Assembly: GCA_035084275.1 (NCBI GenBank)
Contig: CM068743.1
Span: 116,498,001-116,562,000 of the forward strand
Length of the DNA stretch: 64,000 nucleotides
Source: Hydrolagus colliei
Lineage: Eukaryota
Direction of reading: 5' to 3'
The first letter of the stretch is position 1. Every line of letters starts with the position of its first letter. Positions 36,648 to 49,382 of the stretch are shown in pieces. The position numbers and the translations under genes are program-made. The notes below the pieces were generated by a model that saw only the letters and a list, made by a program, of their open reading frames with translations, did no database searches and had not been told where the DNA came from.

Positions 36648-39600
36648 TCAACAACAACAACAACAACATATTACATTTATAGAGCGCCTTTCACGTCAGG
36701 ACGACGTCTCAAGGCGCTGCACAAGAGGTATGTGACCCGAGCTGAGAGGGGAGTGTTTGGGAAGGGGTGAAACATGAAGGGGAGGTCGAAGAATTCGGGG
36801 TGGAACTAAAGGCATGGTCGAAGAGGAAAGTCTTCAAACTGGCCTTGAAAGAGGAAAAGGAAGAAACGAAATGGAGGGATTGAGGGATGGCATTCCATAG
36901 GGTGGGAGCGGAGAAACTGAAGGCCCGGCCTCCGATGGTAGGGCGGTTCGGGTGGGGGGCTTGGAGCAGGCCAAGTCCTGTTGAACGGAGGGTCCGGGTG
37001 GGCTTGTAGGGGGAAAGTAGATCGGTTAAATAGGGCGGGGCAAGGCCGTGTAAGGCCTTGTAGGTGAGGACGAGGATCTTCAACTCGATCCTCTGGAGAA
37101 TGGGGAGCCAATGGAGACGAGCAAGGGTGGGGGTTATGTGGTCGCGGAGGCGGGTGTGGGATAGTACATGGGCTGCAGAGTTTTGGATGACCTGCAGCCT
37201 GTGAATGGAGGAACTGGGGAGGCCGACGAGGAGAGAGTTTCCGTAGTCCAGCCTCGAGGTGATGTATGCGTGCACGAGTGTTTCGGCAGTGCGGGGGGTA
37301 AGATAGTTGCGGAGCCTGGCAATGTTGCGCAGATGGAAATAGGCTGTGCCGGTCAAGGCGCGGATGTGGGGGAGGAAGGAAAGTTTTTGATCGAACATGA
37401 TGCCGAGGTTCCTGATTGGCTTTGTGAGGTGGAGAGTGCAGCCTTGGATGCTGAGGCTGGCAGCGCCCGATGTGCGGAGGCGCTGTCTTGAGCCAATCAG
37501 GAGGGCCTCGGTCTTACTCACGTTCAATTGCAAAAAGTTGTCCCTCGTCCAGGACTCGATGTCGGACAGACATGCTGTCAGAACATCGATGGTCTGGGGG
37601 TTGAGAGATGAGGCAGAAAGGTACAACTGGGTGTCGTCCGCAAACATGTGGAAATTTACCCCATGTTTGCGGATGACGTTGCCCAGAGGGAGCGTGTAAA
37701 GGGTGAAAAGGAGGGGGCCTAAAACAGAGCCCTGAGGGACGCCGTGAGAAACTGTGCGGGGGTTTGAAGAAAAACCGTTGGAAGAAACAAAATGTAAACG
37801 GTGGGTCAGATAGGAATGGAACCAGTCAAGGACTGTGCCTTGAAGGTTGAGGTGGGAGGAAAAACGTTGAAGGAGGATGGTGTGATCGACTGTGTCGAAC
37901 GCAGCAGGCAGGTCAAGGAGGACGAGGAGGCAGAGGGAGCCCTGGTCACAGGCGGTTAGGATGTCATTTGTAACCTTAACCAGGGCAGTTTCTGTGCTAT
38001 GAATTGGGCAGAAACCTGATTGGAGGGGTTCAAAAAGTGAGTGAGTTGAAAGGAAAGAGCAGAGCTGGGAGGCAACCACTCTTTCAAGGACCTTGGATAA
38101 AAACAGGTGGTTGGAGATGGGTCGATAACTTGATGGTTGCGACGCATCAAGGGTGGGTTTCTTCAGGATAGGGGTGATGGTGGCTGTTTTAAGGGAGGTA
38201 GGGACGGTGCCTGAGGAGAGGGAAAGGTTAATGGTGTCAGAAATGAGCGGGGCTAGCAAATGGAGCTGGGTGCGGAGGAGGGGGGTGGGGATGGGGTCCA
38301 ATGAGCATGTGGTGGGTTTCATGGAGGTAATTATTTTTGTGACTGAAAACAGGGTGGTGGGGTTGAAAGTGTGAAATGGGGGGTGAGTAGGGGTTGAGGT
38401 AACTGATGAGGGCGTGGAGGTGGAGGAGTGGTGCGGGGAGGAAACCGCAGAGCGGATTCTCTCAATTTTGGACTCGAGGAAGTCCAGCATCTCCTCACAA
38501 CGATCGTTTGAAGAGAGGATCTGCGAAGTGAGGCGGGGGGGGCGGAGGAGCTGGTTGGTGGTGGCGAAGAGGAGGCGGTGGTTATCCTTCGCTTCCAGGA
38601 TTATCCTGGAGTAGAAGGCTGATTTGGCAGTGGCTAGGGCGGAGCGGTAAAATGTGATGCGGTCCAGCCAGATTTGCCGGTGGACCGTGAGGCCAGATTT
38701 GAGCCAGGTGCATTCAGCTGCTCTCACTTGGTTTTTTGAGGGAACGGAGGTGAGTTGTGTACCACGGTGATGATTGGGATTGGGAGACGGTTTTGGAGGT
38801 GAGGGGGGCCAGGGTGTCGAGGGGAGTGGAGAGGGTGTTGTGGAGGGCGGTGGAGGCGGAGGATGGGTCGGTGCAAAAAAGATGCCATTGTGGGAGGAGG
38901 TCGTATGTTTCTAGGGCAGAGGTGAAAGTTTGAGGGGGAATCTTCTTCCAGGGCCGGTAGAAGATGGTGTTGGGTTTGTAGGTGGAGGGGGAGGGATAGA
39001 AGTGTTGCAGGAAATGAAAAAATGGTCGGAAATGGCCTTGTCTGTGATGGTGACGCCAGAGACGTTGAGGCCTCGGGTGATCACCAGATCGAGCGGATGG
39101 CCGTGGGTGTGAGTGGCAGTGTTAATATGAAGGGAGAAGTTGAAAGACGAAAGTAAAGAGGAGAATTCAGAGGAAATGGGGCAGGAGGGGGTGAAATGGA
39201 GGTTGAAATTGCCAAGAATAATAAGGCGATCAGAGGAGGCACAGAGGGAGGTTAAAAGTGAAGAAAAATCTGAACTGAAAGTGGGGGAGGGTTTGGGGGG
39301 GGCGATAAACTAATAGGATTTTGAAAGAATTGTGGGAGGAGTGAGAAAGGGTGAGCTGTTCAAAAGAGGGGAAGGAGCCGGAGGAATAGGGGGATAGGGC
39401 AAGGGATGACTTTGAAATGAGGGCCACACCACCGCCACGACGGTTGGGTCGAGGAGCATGGTGGAATGTGTAGTTGGGTGGTGTGGCTTCAACAAGGGGG
39501 AAAGTGTCGCCTGGGGTGATCCAAGTCTCCGTCAGGGCCATGATGTCAACGTTCTCATCAAGGATGAGATCGTTGATGGCCAGGGTCTTGTTGCAGACAC

Positions 39601-39955
39601 AGCGGACATTTTGGAGGCCGATGCGGAAAGAGCAGTTGGCCGAGGGGTGTGAGGGGGGACTGGGATGGTCGGCGGGGAGGGTGGGGATCTGAATAAGGGA
39701 GGAAAGGTTGACCCCCCGGGTTTGTGTCCGGTGGGGCTGGCGATGATGGTGGGGGACAGGGCACTTGGTGTGGCTGCTATTGGACAGCCAACGCCGAGTG
39801 CCGCGGTGAGCCCGACGGAGGATTCCAATACTGGAACAGAGGGAAGCGGTGGGAGGGTTGAGCAGGGACAGTAGGCGAGGGGGGCGAAAAGAAAGAAGGG
39901 TAGAGAAGGAATAACGAAGGGGGGTTGGGGGAATAACTTGAGGAGGGGGAGGGAA
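36648..39955 (-). mobile_element. Near full-length L2-clade LINE ORF2 (APE endonuclease + RT) with (CAA)n tail
   Basis: ORF 39230-40105 has APE motifs (LQNVR, ALTETW, RRGGGVA, YRPP). ORF 36709-38727 has RT motifs ([20 protein letters not shown]). About 3 single-base frameshifts link the two. Confidence 0.93.
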
Positions 39956-39957
39956 GC

Positions 39958-40205
39958 TCGTGTCACTCCCACCCTTGCCCGTCTCTACTGGCTCCCCATC
40001 CCCCAGAGGATCGAATTCAAGATCCTCGTCCTCACTTTCAAGGCCATTCACTATCTTACCCCCAGCTATCTCTCTGACCTGCTGTCTCCCCATCAACCTA
40101 CCCATCCACTCCGTTCAGTGGGCTGTAGCCTGCTCCATGTTCAGCGCCTTGGGACGTCCTCCTAATGTGAAAGGTGTTCCATAAATGTAATTTTGTTGTT
40201 GTTGT
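39958..40205 (+). mobile_element. Older L2 fragment, right part, with tail
   Basis: VTPTLARLYWLPIPQRIEFKIL continues the 35650-36643 element. Confidence 0.8.
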
Positions 40206-40719
40206 TTTTATTGTTGCATCACTTTGTCAGAGCCTTCCTTCGGATGCAACATTAAATCAATGTCCCGTCTGGATATTTAGAAAAACGTCAAGGATCCCAT
40301 GGCACTATTCAAAAAGAGTAGGGAGTTTTTTCTGGTGTCCTGGTCAACAAATGATTCAAGTAAAATTGGTTACTTACTCCATAGTTATCTGTGGGTCATT
40401 GCTTTGCACAAACTGGCTGCAGCGATTCACTCACAAAATATACATTATCGTATTCAAAAAAGAAAGAAAAGTTTCCTGGAGTTCTAGCTAACAATCCCCC
40501 AGATATAATTGATTAGTAATTTCAAAGCTGTTTGTGGGACGTTGTTGTGTTCGAAATTGACTACTTATACCAGCAAAACTGGGTCACCTATAAAATATAT
40601 ATTATTTTGTTTTACCATAAAATCCTGTGAAGCACTTGGAGACATTTTGACAATGTCATAAAGCATTATATTAAATGCTTTATCTGAAGCAATTATAAAA
40701 TCACTCGCTTGTTTGGCTG

Positions 40720-41285
40720 AACAACAACAAAATTACATTTGTATAGCGCCTTTCACATCAGGAGGATATCCCTAGGCAATCAGTGTTTTGGATCCGAGCT
40801 GGGGGATGGGATCAGAGAGGGTAAAGCACAGGAGGCGGATGGAGGGTAAACAGAGGCATGATCGAAGAGGAGGGTCTTGAGGCAGATTTTTGAAGAAGGC
40901 AAGGGAGGGTGTGATGCAGACAGATGGGGGATGTAGATCCAGAGGGTAGAGGCAGAGTGGCAGATGGCCGCCCCTCCATGGTGGGGTGGGTGAGGTGGGG
41001 TACCTGAAGCTGGCTGGAGCAAGATGAATGGAGGGAGTGGGCAGGTTCATAGGGGGTTAGAAGATTACAGAGGTTCGGTCCATGGAAGGCTCTGAAGGTG
41101 AGGGCCAGTATAAACTGGTATCCTCTGTGTGGGAAGCCAGTGGAGTCGGGCAATGGTGGAGCTGATATGCTCATGGAGCCTAGTGTGGGAGATGACATGG
41201 GCTGCAGAGTTCTGGATGATCTGCAACCTGTGGAGGAAGGAGTTGGGGAGGCCGATAAGCAAGGAGTTTGCATAGTCAAGCTGAA
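40720..41285 (-). mobile_element. L2 3' fragment
   Basis: LDYANSLLIGLP...LQIIQNSAA. Confidence 0.78.
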
Positions 41286-42624
41286 TCAATGACTGTTTGA
41301 GGGAACTGTTTCTACGCTGATTGCAATTTTATTTCAGATATGTCAAAGGAGGCAGGAGCGCAAACTGCAATTTAAAAGACTGCATCTGTAGAACATTAAA
41401 ACAAATCAAAAAGTAACCACAAATTAAAAGAAGAAAGATGGGAATGATAAAAGCAAACATTAACTGAGCAGACCAGGTGAAAACTATAGAGGCTACAAAA
41501 CAAACTTCAACATCAGAGAATGAAAGACTGGTGAGAAGTTATTCACAAAATATTTTGAGTGATCAGTGAGTGATTCATTCCGGTTATCAGCTATTTATTG
41601 CACAGAGCGGTTAAACCATTGATTTGGATTCAAGAACGTAATTGGAAAGAAGTTTCAAGGCAAAAGTCAACTGTTCAAGTCATCAGTCTGTAGTTCAGCA
41701 TTTTGAAACACACAGCAAGTACGAGTGTGGAAATACATCTCTCCAAATCAATCTGCTTAAATTTAGATATCAACCTTTACAGAGATGTGAGCACTACTAG
41801 TCACTGGGATTAGTGTGTTCAGTTACAGGCTGAACACGTTCTACAGGGAAGCAAAGTAATAAGAATAAGAATAATAATCCTTGTGTTTGCAAAGTAATAA
41901 GAATAAGAATCCTTGTGTTTGATAAGGAGCCTTATCATGTCTCATGACTCAAAGCACTTCACAGAATATATTGTAAACTAATTGACTATATTTTATGGTC
42001 GAAATGCGCCGACGATTGCACAGCAGGTTTTTTTTTAACAACAATGAACTATTAAACATAAAATATCTTGTTTGTCAAATGTGACATTACAAAAGCATTT
42101 TCTGTGTGACAATTCCAATAAGATTATGGAGATCAAAAACTCGAGAGCTCAAGCATATTCTCCACTGCTCAGCTCAGAGTAAACCTCCATCTGTGAACCA
42201 CTTGAACTCTCAAGCCTCTTAATCGAAGCTGTGCGAATGCCATTCCACTTCATTGCATTGAATCAGCTAACATTTTTTTAAAAACAAAAAATCATGAACT
42301 CTGACTTTCTCAAACACACAACTGTTTTGGGTCAAATGTTAAATTTTGAGTGAGTCATCTCAAACCCAAACTAACAGAGTGAGACATGTATTTACAACAG
42401 CATCGGATATGCAGCTGGCGTGCTTTTTTTAACGCCTTCCTCTAACTTTAGAAGCAGAAATAAAGAGAGAAACGGAAATACGCCCATGGTTTGCAAAGGC
42501 AGGAAATCCGGGCTCTGGTATATGATTGGATTCACAGATGGAAAAAAAACATTTGATCTGTTTAAACATCGAGATTACATGACATCTATCACTAGAGCTG
42601 CACCTAACAGTTTAATGCTGCATC

Positions 42625-43062
42625 ATGAAGCTGCATCACTGTTTTTTCGCACTGGTGCTTTTGCCCTGTACGTACTCACCTTTAACAAGTATATTTTGTG
42701 CATTTTCCATTTCTTTTATAGTCCATATTACATTGTTATTTATTTCTACTGTTTTTTCAGGTGGATGTCTTGCCATGAAATTAACACAGAATCCTATTTC
42801 ATACACCAAGCCTCCCGATAAAACAGTTAGAATTCACTGTAACAGGTTAGATGGCTTAATGACTGATCAGATTGTCCACTGGTACCAACATAAAAAGAAT
42901 CAGCCACTCACCAGGTTACTCTATTATCAAAATGGTAGAGTGCCAGATGCGGGAGTCGACAATCGGTTCAAAGTTGAAATGGCCCAAAACAGTTGCACTC
43001 TGATAATCGATGGGATTCAACTGGAGGACATTGCTACTTATTACTGTGCCGTTTGGGAAGAG
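42625..43062 (+). CDS. TRGV: TCR gamma V segment V8 (leader 42625-42667, V exon 42761-43062)
   Basis: Leader MKLHHCFFALVLLP, GTACGT/TTTCAG intron, RIHC...HWYQH...YYCAVWEE. Confidence 0.95.
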
Positions 43063-43101
43063 CACAGTACTAAATAGAGATACAACCCCTTTACAAAAAC
43101 C
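43063..43101 (+). other. 23-RSS of V8
   Basis: CACAGTA + 23 nt + ACAAAAACC. Confidence 0.93.
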
Positions 43102-43722
43102 TTCAGAACTTTTTGCTGCTTTGTGTTTTGATTTGATTTGCTCACGCACACACACACACACACACACATACGCGCAGGAACCACAGAAACCCACCTGTGC
43201 ATAGCGGTATAGCAACAGCAGAACAGCAGATGCTGTTTGTATGTAATGATTAGCTTCGACATAGAAAATTGGTATAATGTTGGCGGAACAAATGCCGCCT
43301 TACTTAATTCAGTCAATGTACGTTTGTCAGCTAGGTCTAGCAATAGCACTCTCAACTCTGAGCCAGAAGGTTGTGGGTTCAAGCCCCATGTTGGGTCTTG
43401 AACATTTGTTTGGCATACTAAATGGTGGGGATGCAAATGATTATTGCTAACTCATGATGAGGAAACAGCTGCTGAATGTGCGAAGATCAAAGTATATGGC
43501 AATCTCATGTTTAGACCCCCTCTTTGGCTTTTCCTGTTTTCTTGTTGTTGTTGTTTTCTAACTTCCTGATGGTGGTGTGGGAGCAACCATTATGGAAAAT
43601 AGGCCAACTTAGCTTGTTACTACCGTCTCCTGTCCTTGGTTTGATTAACAGCGCCTTGGGACGTGCTCTCGATGTGAAAGGCTCTATATAAATGTAAGTT
43701 TTGATTGAAGTTTTGATTGATG

Positions 43723-44612
43723 TGGAGTCCTGTAGCTCAGTGGTTAGAGCACTCGCCCTGCAAGCAAGAGACCTAGATTGAACAACAACAACTTCGATTC
43801 ATATAGTGCCATGCACACCGGATGCGTGTCACAGTGCTTAATTCAATTCCAAGTAGGGTGAAACCTTAGGCAAGTTTCATTACTCCACACCTCCCCAGTT
43901 CCTCCATTCATAGGCTGCAGGCCATCCAAAACTCTGCAGCCCGTGTACTATCCTGCACCCGCCTCCGTGACCACATAACCCCCACCCTCGCCCGTCTCCA
44001 CTGGCTCCCCATCCTCCAGAGGATCAAATTTAAGATCCTCGTCCTCACCTACAAGGCCTTCACGGCCTTGCCCCATCCTACCTAACCGATCTACTCTCCC
44101 CCTACACGCCCACCCGGACCCTCCGTTCAACAGGACTTGGCCTGCTCCAAGCCCCCTGCCCGAACCGCCCCACCATCGGAGGCCGGGCCTTCAGTTTCTC
44201 CGCTCCCACCTTATGGAATGCCATCCCTCAATCCCTCCGTTTCGCCTCTTCCCTTTCCTCTTTCAAGGCCGATTTGAAGACTTTCCTCTTCGATCGTGCC
44301 TTTTGTTCCACCCCGAACTCTTTTACCTCCCCTTCGTGTTTCACCCCTTCCCAAACACTCCCCTCCCAGCTCGGGTCACACACCTTTTGTTTAGCGCCTT
44401 GGGACGTCCTCCCGACGTGAAAGGCGCTATATAAATGTAAATTGTTGTTGTTGTTGTTGTTGGTCATTTCAATCTACGACTGTTTGTCGGACATTGCTGT
44501 GCGCAATTGGCTGCCGTGTTTCACCCACAAAAATAGTCAATTCGCTTTACAGTACACTCTGTGAAGTGCTTTGAGAAATCTAGAAGACATGAAAAGCGCT
44601 ATATCAAATGCA
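43723..44612 (+). mobile_element. tRNA-headed SINE split by two insertions
   Basis: Head 43723-43780, middle 43840-43890, core and tail 44461-44612. Confidence 0.72.
43891..44460 (+). mobile_element. 3' fragment of the same young L2 family, inserted in a SINE
   Basis: Matches the 3' end of 17462-18693; stem-loop tail and (TTG)n. Confidence 0.88.
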
Positions 44613-45469
44613 ATATATAAAACTGCTCACAGCAGTGTCCCACAAACAGTCGGGGATTGAGGGACCAAATTAGAATTTTGGGGGGGAGGGATTATAATTA
44701 GGCGTGTGGAGTAAGGGAACTTGTCCAAGCTTTTGCCTTGATCTGACTGGATTCGAACATAAGTCTCAGGCAAGGTGAGTGCTCAACCTCTGAGCTGCAG
44801 GACTCCACATATAGTGCCTTTCACATTGGAAGGACATCCCAAAGCACATTGACAGGCACTTGAGCTGGAAGTGGGATCCAAGGGAGGATGGAGATTGAAG
44901 GTGGGAGGGAGGCAAAGCAGGGGATCTCAGAGATGGAGGTATGGAGTTCCGGAGAGCGGGTTCAGAATGGTTAAAAGCTCACTCAACAATGGATAGATTG
45001 GACAGTAGTCTGTACATTTTTTTAAAGTTTTGAAATATTGGAGAGAAAATATGAAATGTCCTAACGATTTTGATGTGGTCATTTGACACTAGCATGAAAT
45101 GCCATTTATTTTGTGTGCCTATATTAGGAAGCCAATCAAATGTCAAATATCTCTCTGTATAACTCTATAGCATTGAATTAGTCAATTTCTAGATTCTCAC
45201 TCGCACCTACAAATCACATCATGCTCAGGCATCTCCCTACCCATTATTTTTCACCACCACTGTGCATCCACCCTTCTGCTCATCCTCAGACCCCTTTATA
45301 TTCGGCGGCCATGCTTTCAGCCACTACACCCCGAAAACAAGCAGCCCATAATAAATGATAAATTTTATTTGTGGGGTTTATTGACCAGTCTGGATGAATC
45401 TTGCAGAGCAATGTATGAGTCATCTCCCTCCTGAGAATATCAATCCATATCACCTTATGCACTTCCCAA

Positions 45470-45950
45470 CAACAACAAAATTACATTTTTATAGCACCTT
45501 TCACGTTGGGAGGACATCCCAAGGCTTCAGACAGTTACTGCTTCAGACCCAACTTGAGAGACAGGGGTGGAGGGAGGGAAGTGGGAGCTTAGTAGTTGGC
45601 AATGGATTCATTGAAGAGAGTCTTGAGTCAAGACTTGAAGGAGGCCAGGGAGGGGGCGAAGTGGAGGGACTGTGGGATGGAGTTCCAGAGGTTGGGGGCA
45701 GAATGACTGAAGGCTCGCCCACCAATGGTGGGGCGGGTGGGTTGGAGGATGTAGAGCAGGCCAGAGCCTGCTGAGCCTGCTGAGCGGAGTGGGTGGGCAG
45801 GTTGGTAAGGGGATAGGGGGTCACGGATGGTGAGGATGAGGATTTTAGTTGGTTTGGGGATGATGTAGTGGTAGAGTCAAGCAATGTTGCAGAGGTGGGG
45901 AAAGGCAGAGCAAATCATTGCTTGGATGTGGGGGAAAAGACAGTTGAGGG
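45470..45950 (-). mobile_element. L2 3' fragment
   Basis: L2 tail CAACAAAATTACA...AAGGCT and matching internal similarity. Confidence 0.7.
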
Positions 45951-46088
45951 AGGCACATGGGCAGTGTATTAAATTTCCTGGGCTGAAGCAAGCTTTTGGT
46001 TTCCATTATCCTCTCTAGAATATATTTCCCTTTTCCTCCACCTTGAGCAATATTGCTACCAATGTAATTGAATGAGGTATTTAAAATA

Positions 46089-47758
46089 TAGGTATCCCCC
46101 GATTTACAACAGAGTTGCGTTCCTGAAAAACGTCACGCAAATTGAAAGTTTGTAAATCAGTACGCAGTTTCCCATGCAGCCCTGAGATATAACCTGAGAT
46201 GCGTTATTTTGACAAAATGTTTGGACCTTAAACCCACTAAAATAAAACACAAAACACAAAACACACAAAATACCACTCAAAATAACACACATAGGCAAGA
46301 AGGGGTACTTGGGGTAATTGTACAGTACTGTACTTTAATACTGGCAAACTTTAATACAGTACAGTATTGGCAAACTTTAATACAGTGTGAGGGATGGGAA
46401 GTAGAAGCCTTCCCCTGTGAGTCTTTAATATAATCGCTTTCTTTCTCATGGGGCGGTGATTCCACTGTAGTACCACTTGGTCGGAAGAAAGAATCTAATG
46501 TCGATTGCCGGACTTGTTTCTTCTCTTTGTAGAGCTCCTTATAGCAGGTTAAGGCATCATTAACTATTCTCTTCACTCTCAGGCTGCGGTCACGGTTGGG
46601 GTCAATTTTAGTGAAGATTTCAAGCACGAAATCATGCTCAACACCACTGAAGGCTTCAGACAATTGCTCAGTAGTCAGCTGATGCTGGGTGGCTGGAGTT
46701 TCTACACACTCCTCATCCTCTCCTGCAGCTTCTTTGATCTTTGGCTGATTTAAAGCCTGACACACACTTCTCTTCCTTGGAAATAAAAGTTCTCGTGGGC
46801 ATACGCTTCCAGAAGAGGCCAGTCTCATCAACATTAAAGACCTGCTGAGGTGTGTACCCGCCTTCATCATTGATCTTCTTCAACTCAGCAGGATATTCTT
46901 GTGCAGCAACAGTGTCAGCACTTGCAGCTTCCCCACTCATCTTGATGTTGTGCAGCCCATGTCATCTTTTAAACCTTTCAGACCACCCTCTGCTAGCACT
47001 GAAAGATTGTGCCGTTGAGCCTTCTCCTTCCTGATCATTTAACTCCCTAAACAATGATTTTGCCTTCTTTTGGATAACCAGGGTGTTGAGCGCTATATTA
47101 CACTGGTTCTGATCCTCAATCCAGACACTCAGCATTCATTCCATGTTTTCCATCACATCACTCCTATGCTTTGATAATCTGGTTGCATCTGTAGGTGTAA
47201 AACACTTCAAACTTGCCAGTATTTTGTCCTTATTTTTCTGTATAATAGCCACCGTCGATCTAGCTCGCCCTAAAGCCCTCTCGATGTCCGTAACTTTTTT
47301 GCCAGACTCAATACGCTTTATCACCACCAATTTGGTATCTAAAGTGATGACCTTGCAGGGTCTTTTACCGCTAGCGGTAATACTGCTGCTCATTTCACTT
47401 ACTGGTCTCTTTCTGACATTGTTGAAATGCGGTAGAGGCTGTAAATCGCTCGAAATTGCTGGGGAATTTTCGGAAATACAGTAATACTGACCACACGTGC
47501 TGTCGCTTCAAAAGAAGGTGGCTTTTAAACAATGACGTACTGACATGCTATTGGTCAGTTCAACAGCTTGGATACAGTATACGTACTGCGTATTTACCGC
47601 GAAATACCATATACTGGGCATGCGCAAAAAAGAAGCGTAAAAGTTTTTGGGGTTTAAAACTAAACTACTTATTGTACATCGATAAAAAGGTGTTAACAAA
47701 TTATGTTCATTAAATCAAAATCATGTACATAGAGATGTTGTAAATTGGGGGATACCCG
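46089..47758 (-). mobile_element. Internally deleted Tigger/pogo (Tc1-mariner) DNA transposon
   Basis: TIRs GGTATCCCCC(G/A)ATTTACAACA at 46091-46111 and 47736-47756; TA target duplications; CENP-B-type HTH ORF 47136-47393; VFNVDETGLFWK; C-terminal QSTLDSFF. Confidence 0.9.
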
Positions 47759-47867
47759 TAATGAAAGAATTGACGGGTTCAATAGGACAGATTAAAATCC
47801 CTTTGGTAAATGTTAGCATAGGTTGATATAGTCTAGTTTAACATTCCATAGCAACAGAATAACATAC

Positions 47868-48130
47868 TAATAATAATCCTTGCATTGGATATAGCACTTT
47901 TCACATTTTCAAGACATCTCAAGGTGCTTCATAGAATATACTGTAAAGTGAATTGACTGTATATGTGTGGGCGAAATGCGGTAGCCAATTGCGCACAGCA
48001 GTGTCCCACAAACAGTCATGGATTGAAATAATCAATCTATTATTGTTTTATTTTTTGAGGGATTATTATTAAGAGTGTGGAGTAAGGAAACTTGCCCAAG
48101 GTTTTATCCTGTCTGGAATCGAACACAGGT
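47868..48130 (-). mobile_element. tRNA-headed SINE with its head split by L2
   Basis: Core and tail; head remnant at 48500-48537. Confidence 0.75.
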
Positions 48131-48134
48131 CATG

Positions 48135-48500
48135 TAACAACAACAACAACAACAAAATTACACTTGTATAGTGCCTTTCATGTCAGGAGGATGTCCCAAG
48201 ATGCTGGACAGTCATTTATTCAGACCCGAGCAGGGGACGGTGGAGGGAAGGAACAGGGGGATTAGGAGTTGCTGATGGGACCATCGAAGAGGAGAGTCTT
48301 GAGGCGGGATTTGAAGGAAGCCAGGGAGGAGGCAAGGTGGGGGGAGTGTGGGGTGGAGTTCCAGAGGTTGGGGGCAGTGTGGCTGAAGGCTCGCCTGCCA
48401 ATGGATGTGGGGAAGGAAAGACAGTTGAGGATCAAGCAAGACACCTAGGTTCCTGTCTGGCTTGGTGAGGTCGAGTGAGCAACCACGGAGGTTGATGCCA
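48135..48500 (-). mobile_element. L2 3' fragment nested in a SINE head
   Basis: (CAA)n tail; SINE 47868-48130 resumes at about 48500-48537. Confidence 0.7.
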
Positions 48501-49382
48501 GCGGCAAGTGCTCTAATGACTGAGCTACGGACTCCAGAACTTTAAAATCAGAAGTAACACAATTAAAACAGAAACCTTTTTTTCTTTCAAGAGATTTGTG
48601 AAGATGTGGAATCTATACCAGACACAGGGCGATGAGTTTCCACATGTGTCAGACAATCCAGCTGAGCAGAAAATAAATTTAACAGCTAAGAGTCAGATAA
48701 ATGTTGCAATATATATTCTTTATACCAGCAAGGAGATTATAGCGGCTGTATTAACTCAATAGCTTTTCATTATTATTAAACCACAGGGTTCTTGGTACTG
48801 GCATGTTTGCCCTTTTGGGGTCAGTCTGACATATATGGAAACCCGTCACCATGTTTAAGAGTAACCGGACCAAAGTGAGAGTTCCATGCCTCTCACCTGG
48901 GCATGAAAATTTCAGAGACAAGATTGTTGAAATGGATTGCGCGCTCTCTCCCTGGAGGGGCAGATCCTGCTGAGTTAAATCCAGAGAGTATTAGGAGCAG
49001 ATTGCCGAGAGCCGAGACTTGGGAGTATAACCAGTCATACCCCAGGACTAACTCTGGGGTCCCCAGGTTTACGTTCGTCATTCGGACAACAGGCCGGTTG
49101 TTCGAGTAGCGAGGACTTGACCCACTCAAATACATCAAATCAATATGAAGCCTTGATTTAGAGATAAGTGGACCTTATTATACACCTTGCAAAGAAAACT
49201 GCGAGCAATCAATTGAAGAGGGCAACCTCCCCCACCATTATACAGAGGCGGGGCATGTGACAGTCTTAATAATGATTGGGTACAAATCTGCGAGTCATTT
49301 CCTTTCCAGTCGATGAAGATCTGGCCCATATCTGATCCGATGCATCAACCAGTTAATCCAAGGCAGGACCTGCAGCCACACA

